A stretch of 64,000 bases of DNA from Tubulanus polymorphus (GCF_964204645.1 NC_134033.1:2748131-2812130); one strand, 5' to 3'. Counted from the first letter of the stretch, positions 1-13,280 are shown. Notes: generated by a model from the sequence alone, not told the origin. Program-made: numbers and translations.

Positions 1-69
1 GATTTAACGGGTACAGCCATCTTGATCGGGAACTGTTAAACTAATCGCGAAGGTGTTTATCATTTTTAG

Positions 70-3000
70 ATCACCAATGGAGTAACTGCCGAGTTTGAAC
101 TGGAATCTCTGTTGTTAGAGGGGCATTGTTACGACACGACGACTGGAGCGCCCCCTAGAGGACTGCAATTCACTCTCGGTACTAAGGATACCCCGGTTAT
201 GGTCGACACGATCGTCATGGCGAATCTGGTAAGTTGCCAAAAGTGTTCGATTTGCATACGGCTGCAGACGGTGGATAAATTATGCAAATTAACACGCAAA
301 TTTCAACCTGATTGTCATCGCTTAGACTTATGACCAGTTGAAGACGATCTTAGTTATGTAGCCAATCTGACAACTCGAAACCAATCTTATGGTTTGAGAC
401 CACTTACGGACTGAAGTCATGACTGGGCCCAGCATGTAGTTTTACAGTCAAGGTTAAGATTTCAGATCCATCTTAGTTGCATGGCTCTTCTACGTAACAG
501 CTTGAACACTGATTTAACACCACTTGTCTTTTGGAGTTAAGTCACGACCCACAAAACGGGCCCCTGATTTTTGCGTATTTCCGTTTTCTAGGGATATTTC
601 CAACTGAAGGCTAAGCCCGGAGCGTGGCTGCTACGCTTGCGCGAGGGTCGCTCGCAGGATATCTATGACATCGCCAGTCACGAGTTCACCGATTCGCCGG
701 CCGACTCGGCGGACGTGGTCGCCGTCATCGATAGCTTCAAATCGAAAATCATCAAAGTCAAGGTCAGTTTTTTAATGCAGTTGTAGTTAAAAACAAACAT
801 TATGATTAGTTACTAATGACGACCTTCTCATTCTCAATAATTTCTGAGTGCAGTCAATTCATTCAAATCCTTGTCTTGTGAAACTGGATTCAGGGGTTGT
901 GGGCTGTAGACTTTTGCAGAAATTCAATTTTCAGGACCCATTTTTACAGTTGTGAGTTAATTAACTCTGAGTTAAAAATTAGTTCATTTTCAATGAGCTA
1001 ACTCTTGAGTCAAATCTTAACTCACAACTGTGGAACTGGGTCCTGACGTCTAACTGGAAAATTCTGGCCTCGATAATTCGATCTTTAAAGCGGCCCAGTA
1101 AATGCAAAAAAAGATTGCCAACATTCCTTACTTATTCAAAGACAAGTCAAAATCAAAATTGTTAGAAGCTTACTATTAGTTTTCATTCAAATTTCAATTT
1201 TATTTTTGTAGGTGTCTAAAAAGCCCGGTAAACTGAAAGAGGACGTTCTGCAGACGGATTCTACTGAGGATGAAGGATTATGGGACAGTTTGTCTAGGTG
1301 GGTCCCCGAAAACATTCAGCGTTGGGTATGGAGGTGATTATCATAAATGTGTACTAAGTCCTACCCTCTCTCTCTCTCTCTTCTCTCTCTTTCTTTGTCC
1401 CGTGCTGTTATAATCCTGTTAATGTAATGTTTTCATTTGAAATGTCACAATCGTAACTGAGCTCATGAAAACAGCTCCAAAAATACATTCAAAACTAACC
1501 AGTTTTAGACATGAAGATTTATACATTTATAAAAGCGAATGCATAGAGATAGAAAAAAGTCCCATCCAACAACGGACAACTTGTTTCATGTCAGCATCCT
1601 TTTTATGAGGAAATTACTGAACTACATTTTAATACATCCAGTACAAATGATTCATAAAATTATGCACAAATTCGATACATTACTTACATGGATATTCAAT
1701 ACACTAGTTACATGGATATTCAATACACTAGTTACATGGATATTCAATACACTAGTTACATGCATATTCAATACACTAGTTACATGGATATTCAATACAC
1801 TAGTTACAGAGATATTCAATACACTAGTTACATGCATATTCAATACACTATTTACATGGATATTCAATACACTAGTTACAGAGATATTCAATACACTAGT
1901 TACATGGATATTCAATACACTAGTTACATGGATATTCAATACACTAGTTACATGGATATTCAATACACTAGTTACATGGATATTCAATGCACTAGTTACA
2001 TGGATATTCAATGCACTAGTTACATGGATATTCAATACACTACAGGAATTTAATGTAAATAATTGTTATCTCTCGTAATAATCTCTTTTTAATCATTTTC
2101 TGATTTCGTTCCTGTGCGTCTGTCTATATGTCTCTGTTTGTCTGTATTGCCGTTTGTAAGTTCCGAACTAGTATTCAGTGTGTCATATGCAAGGACTCCC
2201 GGGACTATTGCTACTGCACTTTTGAGATAACTAACGCCACTACTGTCGGATCAACTGCGGAAATGGATCTCGAAACATTTCAGAAGTACATGTATACAAG
2301 CATTCTTTCTATCTGTACATCTGGAAGTTAGAATCCTATATCCAATAAGAAGTCTTCTGGTTTATGGCTACGATATTCTCTGTTCTTGATTACGGTTGCA
2401 ATGTTCTGATCTTTATACTGATATTCTGTGGTGTCTGGTTTCAGTAAAACTTTTGCGCTTGAATCTATTTTCGTCTCTGTACTCACTTGACGATTGTGCA
2501 GTTTTCTTTGTTGTTGCGTGTTTCAGTAAAGTTCACCAGGAATCGTCTGTCTTCTCTATCATTCTTCCTTCCTCTGTTCCTGCTGCATTCCTCAGATTTC
2601 TTCAGCCCTATACACTTATCCGTCGCATTTCTGCGGTCTTCGCTCGCGAACTAAGATTCATCATGGCTGGCCTCTTGTTATCTGGAATGCCTATTTTTGG
2701 CGTTACTTAGATTCATTTATCCCCTATCGGGACAATTGCCTATTTATTCATTGTTTGATTTTAAACAGCTTTTGAACAACTTAACCCAAAAACTTCTTAT
2801 TGACCCTTTAACTGATTTAAAGAGTTGAGACCAGCAATTTTGATATTAGATGTATGTTGCTGGGCCAATCCCTCCACTATTGGTTACGGAATGACTTAAT
2901 TTGATTCTATGTTCTTCGTCAAAAAAATCTTTCTAACCCCCTACATGTACGTAGATATTATGATAATCACAGCCATTTCGTTCCTAGCAGCCGGCTGCTC

Positions 3001-6000
3001 ATGCTTTTTTCATCGCCATGGTGACAGTCTGCGTATAGCAGACGTGCGTCTGCTCGATGTTCTTGTCGTCGTCGTGAACGGGTTTATTTTGTCGTCTGTT
3101 ACTGAATTCATTTTTTTCACCGCAACATAATTTACATAAACAGAAATGGGGGAAACGAACGTGTATTTGGTAAGTTCAATCCCCAATTTTACTTGCCGCA
3201 GTCCTTCTTGTTCATAACGTCAGAATTTCACCCCTTTCATTGCGGATTGTTTCGTGCCACAAAATGCTCGGGCTGGTTGCTTAGTCATGGCTTAGACTTA
3301 AGACTAGTCTAAGACCGACTTAGTTCTATAGCCAATCTAACAGACCGGTCTTATGATTTAAGACCACTTTTGAACTTAACTTCTTCGCTACCATAGGTAA
3401 TGTAACGCCCCTCACCAGAGAATTTTCCCATATTCATATTTATTTTCGATTCAGTTCAGTATTTGAGGCACTGATTCGCCATCTATGAGTAAACGGTGTA
3501 ACTAAACTGAAGCAGACGATAATTTAGTACGTCTATACACCAGCAGAGTAGCGACTCACCACACCAGCAATCGTAGTAAATCATTATTTGCGATGTAAAT
3601 ATACGTCACGCATGGTAGCGAAGAGGTTAAGTCACGACTGTGCAACTGGCTCGTGGAGATCATTTGAAAATTTAGGGAAATTTCACCCCGGTGCTTAGCA
3701 TATAACGGGCATACGTAAGTATTCGCGTAATTGTATTCGTTTTAAGCGTTTTCTTTTCCGCGGTTTTTTACAGTCGATTTTCCGGCAAAACGAAAGAAAC
3801 GAAAACCGAGGACAAAGATCAGACTTTGAATATCTTCTCCGTCGCGTCCGGGCATCTTTACGAGCGATTCTTGAGGTAATTTTCGAATTCGAAGTTAGAC
3901 ATAACAGGCCGTTAACACAGTTCTTGGAATGAAGAGATAGAATTACTTCAGATCCAACGTTTTTAACTTTTTGAGTTACCGGTTAACCCTTTCAGTGCTG
4001 ACTAGTTGATACCCTATAGTGCTAGAGATGATTTGAAAATTTTTAGAAATTCCGCCCTAGTGTGTTTAATTATGGGAATACCACTATAGTGCGTCTACAC
4101 CGCGGTGCGGTGTATCGTTAGTTACTAGTATTTCACTATAGATGACACGTGCTGCCATTTTTCAAGGGAGATAATTACTAATTACATAAAATACACCGCA
4201 TTGCAGTGTAGGCCTACTAGCAAAGTCTATCACTGATTTATACACTGCACTGCGGTGTAGACGCACTGAAAGGGTTAAATCGGGAACTATTAAACTAGGT
4301 CCTGAGGGCAGGATCCAGAGTTTTGCGGTGTCGGATTAAACAGATTTGCCTCCCCTTTTTCAGAATAATGATGTTGGGCGTGTTGAAAAATACGAAGTCG
4401 AAAGTGAAATTCTGGTTCATCAAGAATTACTTATCACCGTCTGTTAAGGTAAGCTCTAATCTATCAGTACTTTACTATTGCGGGGATGAGATAATTTATC
4501 CCGGGACCACAGTCCTGGCAATCGATTCCAGACCAGTCAATAACCAATCTAACAACTTAAGACCAGTTCAGGCTCCTTCGGTCTATAACTAATCTAACAA
4601 AAGCCCAGTCTAGGCTCATTTTAGTTCTGAAAGCCAATTTAAAAACTTAAGACCAGTCTAAGCTTATTTTGGATCTATAACCAATCTAACAACTTAGCCA
4701 TGCTAACAATTTAAGGTCAGTCTAAAGATATAAGACCACTTCTGGGGCCGGTTCCTCAGTTAAAACTTAAGTCCAAAAATGGTCTTAGATTTTAAGACTG
4801 GTCTTAAGTTGTTAGATTGGTTATAGGACTAAGACGGTCTTAAATTGGTCTTAAGTCTAAGCCATGACTATGGAACTGGGCCCTGGACTCTAGTCATGAT
4901 TCTGCAACTGGTCCTTGCGCCACAGGCTGGACTGTCGTTCAGAAAACAAGAGACTACTCACCAAATGTCATTAATGAATGTCTGTCACACGGTGCATAAG
5001 ACCGAGTTCCTTATTCAAGAATCATTTTCTTGTCAAAAATAGATAACTGATATGTTTGGTCGTCGATTTATTTTAGGATTTTATTCCGCATATGGCTAAA
5101 GAGTACGGTTTCGAGTTTGAGTTTGTGACGTACAAATGGCCGCGATGGTTGCATCAGCAGACGGAAAAACAACGAATCATCTGGGGGTAAATTTCGACGT
5201 GATATACGGCGCAGTTCCCCAGTTGTGAGATGGAGTTAACAATTTGAGTTTAAATTAGTTCATTTTCGGTGTGTTAACTCCTAGCCAAGTTTAAACTCAC
5301 AACTGTGAAACTAGTTCCTTGGCTGCGCAGTTTCAATATTGCCCTGTATCGAGTTCCACAGTTGTGAAATAGCGAGTTGAAACTCTTTAGTTGAAATCTG
5401 TTCATTGTCGATGAGTTAACTGAGAATCAAATCTTTACTCATAACTGTGGAACTCTGGATCCTGGTTAAGTCTTCAGAGAATTCAAATCTCATTCAAAAC
5501 CTTTGAATAAGGGCTTGAATTAATGAAATGGGGATTTATGGAGGCGGCCATCTTTTCTTGCATCAATTGACTTTACAGTAGGCCTACTAATGTCTATTTC
5601 AACTTGACTTGAGAGCACATCAAGTGGCCTAGCTCAGTCAGTTTTGGTGGTACGTACCTGATAAAAGTTTCATTAGGACCAGAACGAATGGCAGTTGAAC
5701 TGAAACATTGTTTTTTAATCCATTCTTCACTGTATAGAAGGATATCGAAAACGTCTTCATTAAAAGGGGTTGAAAGGAGAAAAGTAACTCCACGATTTAT
5801 AAGTTTAACAATATGTTTCCGTGCCTACGTACCAAACTTCAGTTGTTTAACCCTTTCAGTGCTGACTAATTAATACCCTATAGTGCTGGAAATAATTTGA
5901 AAATTTTTTAAATCCCACCCTAGTGTGTTGAATAACGGGAATACCACTATAGTGTGTCTACACTGCGGCGCGGTGTATTGTTAGTTACTAATATTTCACT

Positions 6001-9000
6001 ATGTTTGACAGGTGCTGCCATTTTTCAAGAGAGATAATTACTAATAACATCAATACACCGCACTGGGGTGTACTAGCAAAATCTATCACTGATTTATACA
6101 CCGCACTGCGGTGTAGATGCACTGAAAGGGTTAATTTAGCAGCTTATTTATATTTTCAGATATAAGATTCTATTTTTGGACGTTTTGTTCCCGCTCGACG
6201 TAAAGAAGATCATCTACGTCGACGCCGATCAAATCGTGCGCGCCGATTTACAAGAGCTGTACGACCTCGACCTTGAGGGCGCGCCGTACGCCTATACTCC
6301 GTTTTGCGACAGCAGAACCGAAATGGACGGCTTCCGGTGAGAGCTGAAAAAAATATGAGTTTACTTAGATTCTGGACTCAAACTTGGCCTCGAATGATTC
6401 GTCATTATCGTAGCATTTTCAGTAACGAGAGCGTAGTTCATTTTCATGATTGAATATTTTCACAAATCTCTTTTGGTTCAAGCACTTTCCAATTCGAAAA
6501 TTTGGAATACCAACGGTTAGGTCATCAACTTGAATTAACCTTGGCCGAGATAACTGAATTCAGTTTCACAGTTTTGTGGGTTAAATTTGACTCTGAACCC
6601 AGTGCCACAGTTGTGTGGGTTTGATTTGACTTTTGTCCCAGTTCCACAGTTTTGTGGGTTTAATTTGACTCTGAACCCAGTTCCACAGTTGTGTGGGTTT
6701 AATTTGGTTCTGAATCCAGTTCCACAGAATTTGTGGGTTTGTTTGACTCTTGTCCCAGTTCCACAGTTGTGTGGGTTTAATTTGGTTCTGAATCCAGTTC
6801 AACAGTTGTGTGGGTTTAATGTGACGCTGAACCCAGCTCAACAGTTGTGTGGGTTTAATTTGACTCTGAATCCAGCTCCACAGTTGTGCGGGTTTGTTTG
6901 ACTCTTGTCCCAGTTCCACAGTTGTGTGGGTTTAATTTGGGTCTGAATCCAGTTCCACAGATATGTGGGTTTGATTTGAAGCCGAGTCTGAAAATCACTA
7001 ACTGAAGAATTGAATCTGCACTGAAACTAACAACCTAGCCTTAGATCCCTTACAATCGATCGTAATCAATTCATAAAAAGTTGATTCCCGTTTACAGATT
7101 TTGGAAGCACGGATACTGGGCGAACCATTTGGGTCACAGGAAGTACCATATCAGCGCGTTGTACGTCGTCGATTTACAGAAGTTCCGTCGCGTTGCCGCC
7201 GGCGATCGTCTGCGCGGGCAATATCAAGGTCTCAGTCAAGATCCGAACAGTTTGTCAAATCTGGATCAGGTAGGTTTACTCACAGACGCCTAAGGTTTTG
7301 TAGTCGCAAGGTCAATCTAAAATCCCCCGAAAGGGATGAAAAAAGAGTCCGAAATGTTTCCTTGAGCTAGTCGTTCTATAGCCAATCTAACAACTTAAGA
7401 CCAGTCTAAGACCATCTTAGTTCTATAGCCAATCTCATAACTTAAGACCAGTCTAAGCTCATTTTGGTTCTATAGCCAATCTCATAACTTAAGACCAGTC
7501 TAAGCTCATTTTGGTTCTATAGCCAATCTCATAACTTAAGACCAGTCTAAGCTTATTTTGGTTCTATAGCCAATCTAACAACTTAAGATTAGTCTTTACA
7601 TATAAGACCATTTTGCACTGGGGCTAGAAAAACCGGTGACAATTATGGTATTCTGGAAACATTGAAATAACTTCTAGCAGACATTTCAGACTCTATTCTT
7701 CGTTCTTATCATTGGTTTATACATTATCTTTACAACATGAGCGCTGAAGAGTGCTAGATCAATAGTTATTTTTAGATAAGCAAAAAAAAAATTTCTTTTC
7801 TACTATTTTTAGGATTTACCGAACAATATGATTCATCAAGTGGCGATAAAATCATTGCCGCAAGAATGGCTTTGGTGCGAAACCTGGTGCTCGGATACTG
7901 AAAAACCTCAAGCGAAAACTATCGATTTGGTAAGTGTTGAACACAATAGAACCCACCCTGCATTGGCGAAAATGCAGTAGACTCTGTCTCTTACTGTGGT
8001 AAAGTTAAAACCGGTAAAATTCTACCCCGAGTTGATGTTAAGTACTGAATAGGCTTTAAACACCTAAATACATCTGAATTCACTTGTTTGACTGCTCTGT
8101 TGCAGACTTCTTTTTGTTAATGATAAGTCACAGTACCTAGTACTAGGCCTGATGTTAGGACCCCACAAGGTCTTACCCCCTCGGGGTTCACATTTCATTC
8201 TATATTTGTATTTATCGCCAAAGCTCTCGTTTTAAATATGGTACCACCAGTTCACACTCATACGCCATCTATCCAAATTGACTGTCATTATCCTGGTATC
8301 AAATTTGATACGGATGGCAGCTCTTTTATATATGATATCGCCAGTCTACACCCATACGCCATCTATCCAAATTGGTTGTCAAGACTGTGGTATCAAATTT
8401 TATTCAGCTCTTGTGTCATATATGATATCACCAGTTTACACCCATACGCCATCTATCCAAATTGGCTGTCATTATCGTGGTATCAAATCTGATATCAAAT
8501 CACTGGAGGATTAACTCTGAATGACACATATATTTTTCAGTGTAATAATCCTCAGACGAAGGAGCCGAAACTGGCGGCCGCGATGAGAATCGCGCCTGAG
8601 TGGAAAAACTACGACGCCGAGATTAAACAACTTTGGGAGAAAATTTACAATAATAAAAAAATAGATAAAACTTCATCGACGTCGTCGTCACAACGAAAGA
8701 CAACTACAAAAGCAGGTTAGTTGCGGTCCGCGTGGATCCATGATTTTCAGAATGGCGCCTTGGTTATCGACTAGGGTCCCCACGACTCCTTGATTCATGA
8801 AAAACTTCTTAAGGGAAAATGTTTTTCAAGGTGTTTGAAACTCCTTTAATTTGAACAAAATGTCAGAAAGTACTTTAAAACTCCTTCAATTTGAGAGATC
8901 GGGAATTAGAAATTCTAGCAATTGTACACCTAATGCATACGGTTGGAAGCACGATCTTTTTGTTACCCTATTAGGAGGTTACCGATTGGGAAAACAAGTT

Positions 9001-9284
9001 TAGTCGCGTCAAGGATGAATATTTGCTTATAGACAGGAGGAGTCTACTGTCATTGGGACGAAAGCGAAGCAGACGCTTCCTCAAAATATGGAATTTTCTC
9101 CTTTAAAACTTTTTCTATCCAGGAATGACTGATCTGTACGAACTCCGACCGATGTAATCGGGAAATATCCCTTGAACGGAGCAGAAATGGGCGCTGATTC
9201 CGCTCGGCCCCTATTTATGATTTATTGATGATTTCTTTAAATTTGTTCTTTGCAGACGGACACAAGCAGCACACAGAGCTATAA
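70..9284 (+). CDS. UGGT: UDP-glucose:glycoprotein glucosyltransferase, 3' portion (11 coding exons; 5' part lies outside the window)
   Basis: Exons 70-228, 592-762, 1212-1297, 3774-3875, 4364-4448, 5077-5186, 6160-6336, 7098-7269, 7813-7929, 8541-8715 and 9256-9284 have GT-AG boundaries and compatible phases. Translation gives [86 protein letters not shown] (GT24 DxD), [30 protein letters not shown] and a C-terminal HTEL ER-retrieval signal. Confidence 0.97.
932..1045. mobile_element. Short TIR MITE, PIF/Harbinger-like (related copies near 5212-5320 and 5350-5463; fragments near 15605-15660 and 36465)
   Basis: Ends CAGGACCCA..CAGTTGTGAG and CTCACAACTGTGGAACTGGGTCCTG are inverted; the internal gagttaactc segment recurs across copies. 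Confidence 0.7.
1672..2042. repeat. 24-bp minisatellite (TACACTAGTTACATGGATATTCAA) x ~15 in a UGGT intron
   Basis: Visible tandem array; it explains the 8-aa periodic ORFs in several frames. Confidence 0.95.
3376..3630. mobile_element. TTAA-targeting TIR element nested inside another MITE
   Basis: Ends TTAA-CTTCTTCGCTACCAT and ATGGTAGCGAAGAGG-TTAA; removing it restores the ttttg(g/a)acTTAAgtcacgactg end of the surrounding MITE (~3271-3652). Confidence 0.8.
3983..4278. mobile_element. piggyBac-type MITE, copy 1
   Basis: TTAA-CCCTTTCAGTGC ... GCACTGAAAGGG-TTAA: TTAA target with CCCT/AGGG ends typical of piggyBac; three near-identical copies in the window. Confidence 0.9.
4742..4886. mobile_element. 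Harbinger-like MITE family (ttaagaccagtct core; other copies ~310-430, ~3271-3652, ~28206-28347)
   Basis: GGGGCCGGTTCC ... GGAACTGGGCCCC inverted ends; conserved internal ttagttctatagccaatctaacaacttaagacc. Confidence 0.7.
5847..6134. mobile_element. piggyBac-type MITE, copy 2
   Basis: Same TTAA-CCCTTTCAGTGC / GCACTGAAAGGG-TTAA ends and body as 3983-4278. Confidence 0.9.
6558..6980. repeat. 39-bp minisatellite (CCAGTTCCACAGTTGTGTGGGTTTAATTTGACTCTGAAT-like) x ~10
   Basis: Tandem array; the same family occurs inverted at ~25872-26290. Confidence 0.93.
7373..7600. repeat. 47-bp tandem repeat amplified from the internal part of the ttaagaccagtct MITE
   Basis: gttctatagccaatctcataacttaagaccagtctaagctcattttg x ~5; a similar degenerate array lies at ~4530-4740. 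Confidence 0.85.
8240..8500. repeat. ~90-bp tandem repeat x ~3
   Basis: Recurring ccagt(t/c)tacacccatacgccatctatccaaattg at ~8247, ~8341 and ~8431. Confidence 0.8.
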
Positions 9285-9651
9285 CGAAGAATTTCATTTT
9301 AGCAGAGAGTTACCGTTAAGAAAATACAGTAAAAACCGGCATAATCCGGACCATCTGGGGGCCGACATCTGGTTTATTTGTACAAAAAAATCCGATAAAA
9401 ATGGTCGAGGGCGCGTGAATCCGGGATTGAACTGATCAGGATTAAGTCGGTTTTTTCGGTAGTTCGCGATGTTCTCATTCGACGAGTCGTTATTAGTCAT
9501 TAGTCATCGTAAACGCATCACTACGAAGGTTAAGGTCGCTTTAACTAGTTCTGTAATTTATGTTCTCATTGTCATCGATACGGGGGTACATCGCCTGCCG
9601 TCGTCAGAGTTTATCTCTAACTCGTGGTGAAGAAGAGTTTTTTTTATCCGT

Positions 9652-9928
9652 TTAACCCTTTCAGTGCTGACTAGTTTAATACCCTATAGTGCTGGAGATA
9701 ATTTGAAAATTTTGAAAAATTCCGCCCTAGTGTGTTGAATAACGGGAATACCTCTATAGTGCGTCTACACCGCGGTGCGGTGTATCGTTAGTTACTAGTA
9801 TTTCACTATGTTTGACAGGTGCTGCCATCATTCAATAGAGATAAAAACTAATTACATCAATACACCGCATTGCAATCCATCACCGATTCATACACCGCAC
9901 TGCGGTGTAGATGCACTGAAAGGGTTAA
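9652..9928. mobile_element. piggyBac-type MITE, copy 3
   Basis: TTAA-CCCTTTCAGTGC ... GCACTGAAAGGG-TTAA with a small internal deletion relative to copies 1 and 2. Confidence 0.9.
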
Positions 9929-10430
9929 GGTGCCACTTCATCTTGAATTCAATGCATATATCTCTCTGCGATGAAAGTAAATTCAGGGATTTTGTCATAG
10001 ATATGAAACGTAAGGCTAGCTACAATAGTTTTTCATTTCTGCTCAGCCGGCCGCCTATCAACCCTGTAGATAATTTTTTTTTTTTAATCATGATCAAGGT
10101 AACCATAACTGACGCGGCAGTTACAGAAATGAGTTGATTATAAATTTTGCAGCATGTTTTAAAAATGATGCGGCCGATTAGGAGAAACGAGGTATCTTCT
10201 TTTTTCTAGCCTAACTGCCATCTTCGAGTTCTGGCCTATATGTACGGTCGAAGCTTATATTTAAGACTGAGCTATTCTTAGTTCTATAGCTCTGAGCCAT
10301 TCTTACTTCTATAGCCGATCTAATAGATCTCGGCTTAATTTCCAAGCCTATTTAGTAGTCACCGAGTTAAAGGGACCTGGTATATACGTAACTACTTAAA
10401 TTTTGCATAATTTCCCACAAATTCAGTATA

Positions 10431-10787
10431 CAGTCAAGCCCCGATATAACGCCCACATCGGTGCAGAACGATTTTTGTGGTATAGAGAGTATGGCGGTAT
10501 ATTGGAGGTGTTTTACTATGTTTTTGTATTGAGATCTACATTGAGGAAACCTGGCGGTAGGCAGGGGTGGCGGTAAATGGGAGGGTGGTATATCGGGGGT
10601 GTTTTACTATGTATTTGTATTGCGATGTACCTTGAGAAAACCTGGCGGTAGGCGGGGGCGGCGGTATATGGGAGGGTGGTATATCGGGGGTGTTTTACTA
10701 TGTATTTGTATTGAGATGTACCTTGAGAAAACCTGGTAGTAGGCGGGGTGGCGGCAAAGGGGAGGGTGGTATATCGGGGGTTGACTG
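10431..10787. mobile_element. Tc1/mariner (pogo/Tigger-like) MITE with internal 91-bp tandem repeats; fragment at ~55340-55440
   Basis: TA-CAGTCAAGCCCCGATATA ... TATATCGGGGGTTGACTG inverted ends; three 91-bp internal units starting ~10510, 10601 and 10692. Confidence 0.75.
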
Positions 10788-12151
10788 CACATAGAAAATA
10801 GACTGTTTGCGCCTTTTTAGTCTTTATTCCATTTGCTGAATCTTACTGTCGTAATCTGTCAGGGCTTTTTAGTTGGTAAAATAAGGGTAAAGTATCTCCA
10901 GTAAAGTAAGGGTATCTTTGAAAGTGGTTACACGAATGTGGAAATGGGTCCCAGAAGATGACGTATTTTTTAAAGCTCACTTGAATTCTGTAAATTCTGA
11001 TACTTCTGTTTTATTGACAATCTTCTCATGAAATTTCGTGTCGTCAGGGTCGAGACAGGAGACTAACGTCCAGACGATCAGTTTTTGTAGGGCTGTCAGT
11101 AATTGTCAAGAGGTGTGGCAGGGATGACTAGTCGGGCCAATAGTTTTGCCCCCGATAAAATTTGTTGACTGAAAATTCCAAATTCCAAAACTTTTGCTGG
11201 AATGTGGTGCAGGATAGCTATGGTCTCGAATTGCATCCACGTAAAAAAAAAAGTATGAACGCAATTCTGAGCTCGGATATGAGCCGGGTCAACTTGCTCC
11301 GGCACCGATCCTGGATAGCGGGTACAGACAGCGAATTGACGACTACGTTACGACCATTATTTATTCATTCAAGATCATGTAACAAAATGTGAATAACATT
11401 CCAGAATCATCGAATATTCGTAAATCATACGTCGCATCATTTAGAGACTTATTGTTCAGTTTTTATCCTTTTTTTCGATGTTGTTAGATGATAAAATATT
11501 TCATGTAAATTGTGTAAAAACTTAAAGTTTACAAAATATCAATGTACAGTGAATGTTTCCTAAGAAATTAGTTTCAATGGCTTCAAGTATTGATTCGCTT
11601 ATATCTTCAAGAACCTTAAAGAGGGGCTCAAATCTCGGTAAAATTAGGGATAAGACAGACCATCGTCCCTCGGCAGGGATTCGAAACTGATGGCGTCTGC
11701 CGAGGAAAGATGTGATGATACGTGTATTTTATTTGAGGCTTTTAGCACCGTCAGATGTTCGGGGAAAGTTTTTCAGAAATTACTATTTCAGGAATTATGA
11801 TTTTGAATTACGTGTATTATTATCAGCAAGATGGAGTAAAACGGTGTTTGTCTCTTAATGTTCACTGTTAACACTTTCATGCTATTTATTGTGGTACAAT
11901 CGAGATCCATTTTTTTTCCTTTCTCGTTTTTCTATCGGTGCGAATTTATGCCGAGTATTTCGTTAAGTTTCACTCGCACTTTCCACGAATCGAATAACCG
12001 TTTGTTTTCTTTCAAATATCGCGCGCAATTCGCAAGAAAGCGAATTCGTTTACCTCGCGAGGGAACAAAAATCTCCTACCCAGACGCAGACGAGCGGTTT
12101 GTACTGACTCGATCGATAGCGGATATAGGGCAATTTGCTGTTAGCGGAATA

Positions 12152-12332
12152 CAGCGGAATCTCGTTATAACGATCTCGGACACAACGATTCTTCGGATAT
12201 AACAAATATAGAATTTCGCGTCCCAGAAAACTTAAGAAAATTTGATCAATTTCATACTGGATATAACGAACTATCGGTTACAACCAACGGATTTTCTGGT
12301 TCCGTGAAATTCGCTGTAGCGAGGTCCCGCTG
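12152..12332. mobile_element. Tc1/mariner (pogo-like) MITE
   Basis: TA-CAGCGGAATCTCGTTATAACGA ... TCGCTGTAGCGAGGTCCCGCTG-TA; TA target duplication. Confidence 0.75.
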
Positions 12333-12670
12333 TATTACTGAGTTCAACTGTACATGTTACTGCATTGGGTTGCATTGGAATTTTCTATTCTTTCCTTTAA
12401 GGAGACTCGCGTAGAAAACTGTTCATTTAAAAAAATGAATATCTTGTCATTTTTTGTAAATACTGTATTTTGTGATTCGGTTAGTAATTAATAAAACAGG
12501 TTGCTACATATTTATGTAAATTAGAACTCTCGAGGATTTGTTATTTTCGTGTTTTTGTCTTTATCTTCGAGCTCAGGTTTACAGATGTCGGCAGTTGATG
12601 CCATATTGTTTCTTATCAGGGATTTCTTTGATTTCTTTCTTAAATGTAGGTCGAAGTAAAGGTCCGATAA

Positions 12671-12889
12671 GGCTAAAAAAATTGATACCTTGTTTCTCCG
12701 CTCTGCTGAGCTTAAATGTTCACCCGGCCGGCCGCCTATCTACCCTGTACATTACTTTTTTTTAAATCGTGATCAATTTTACCATAACAGACCCGGCCGC
12801 TATAGAAACGAACTGTTTACAAATTTTATCATATTTTACAAAAATGACCCGGCCGCTGCGGAGAAACAAGGTATCATGTTTGTTTAGCC
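12671..12889. mobile_element. PIF/Harbinger MITE, copy 1 (older copy ~10014-10211)
   Basis: GGCTAAAAAAA..GATACCTTGTTTCTCCGC and GCGGAGAAACAAGGTATC..TTTAGCC ends; TAA/TAA target duplication. Confidence 0.9.
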
Positions 12890-13280
12890 TAAGGTAAGGT
12901 GTTTAAGGAGTTTGAAATACTGTACTGGTTACGCAATAAATTCCCTTATCTTCGGAACCACTTTTAGGGCACCGGTACTCCCAAGAGTTGGCGAGTTTAG
13001 CCTGTCATCATTTCTCGCCTGATAGTAATGTATTGTAATGGATTCGATTGATTTGGACTTGAATTGATTTGAAACTTTTTGTCTCATAACCAGGCGGAGT
13101 AGAAATTCATGTTGTGATTTGGCCATGCTGCAAGTGACCAGCTCTTGACCAATCACAGGCTAGGGTTAGTAAATCATACGATCCCTAGTAACCTATGGTA
13201 CTATCATACTAGATGTGGCCTGTTTATTCAAATGAGCTGACCACTCTCGCCCAATCAGAAGCTAGCTAGGGATAGGGTTA

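Noticed and set aside
1539-2078. Periodic ORFs (LVTWIFNT / MDIQYTSY repeats)
   Set aside because: They are by-products of a 24-bp intronic minisatellite that is open in several frames on both strands.
2128-3130. Short Cys-rich and hydrophobic ORFs in a UGGT intron
   Set aside because: No recognisable domain or consistent splice structure; possibly a decayed insertion, but unsupported.
6581-6919. 13-aa repeat ORFs here and at 25766-26350
   Set aside because: They arise from the 39-bp minisatellite.
8080-8116. Minus-strand gaagtctgc-aacaga-gcagtcaaac resembling a hammerhead stem II
   Set aside because: The CUGANGA and GAAA cores are both broken.
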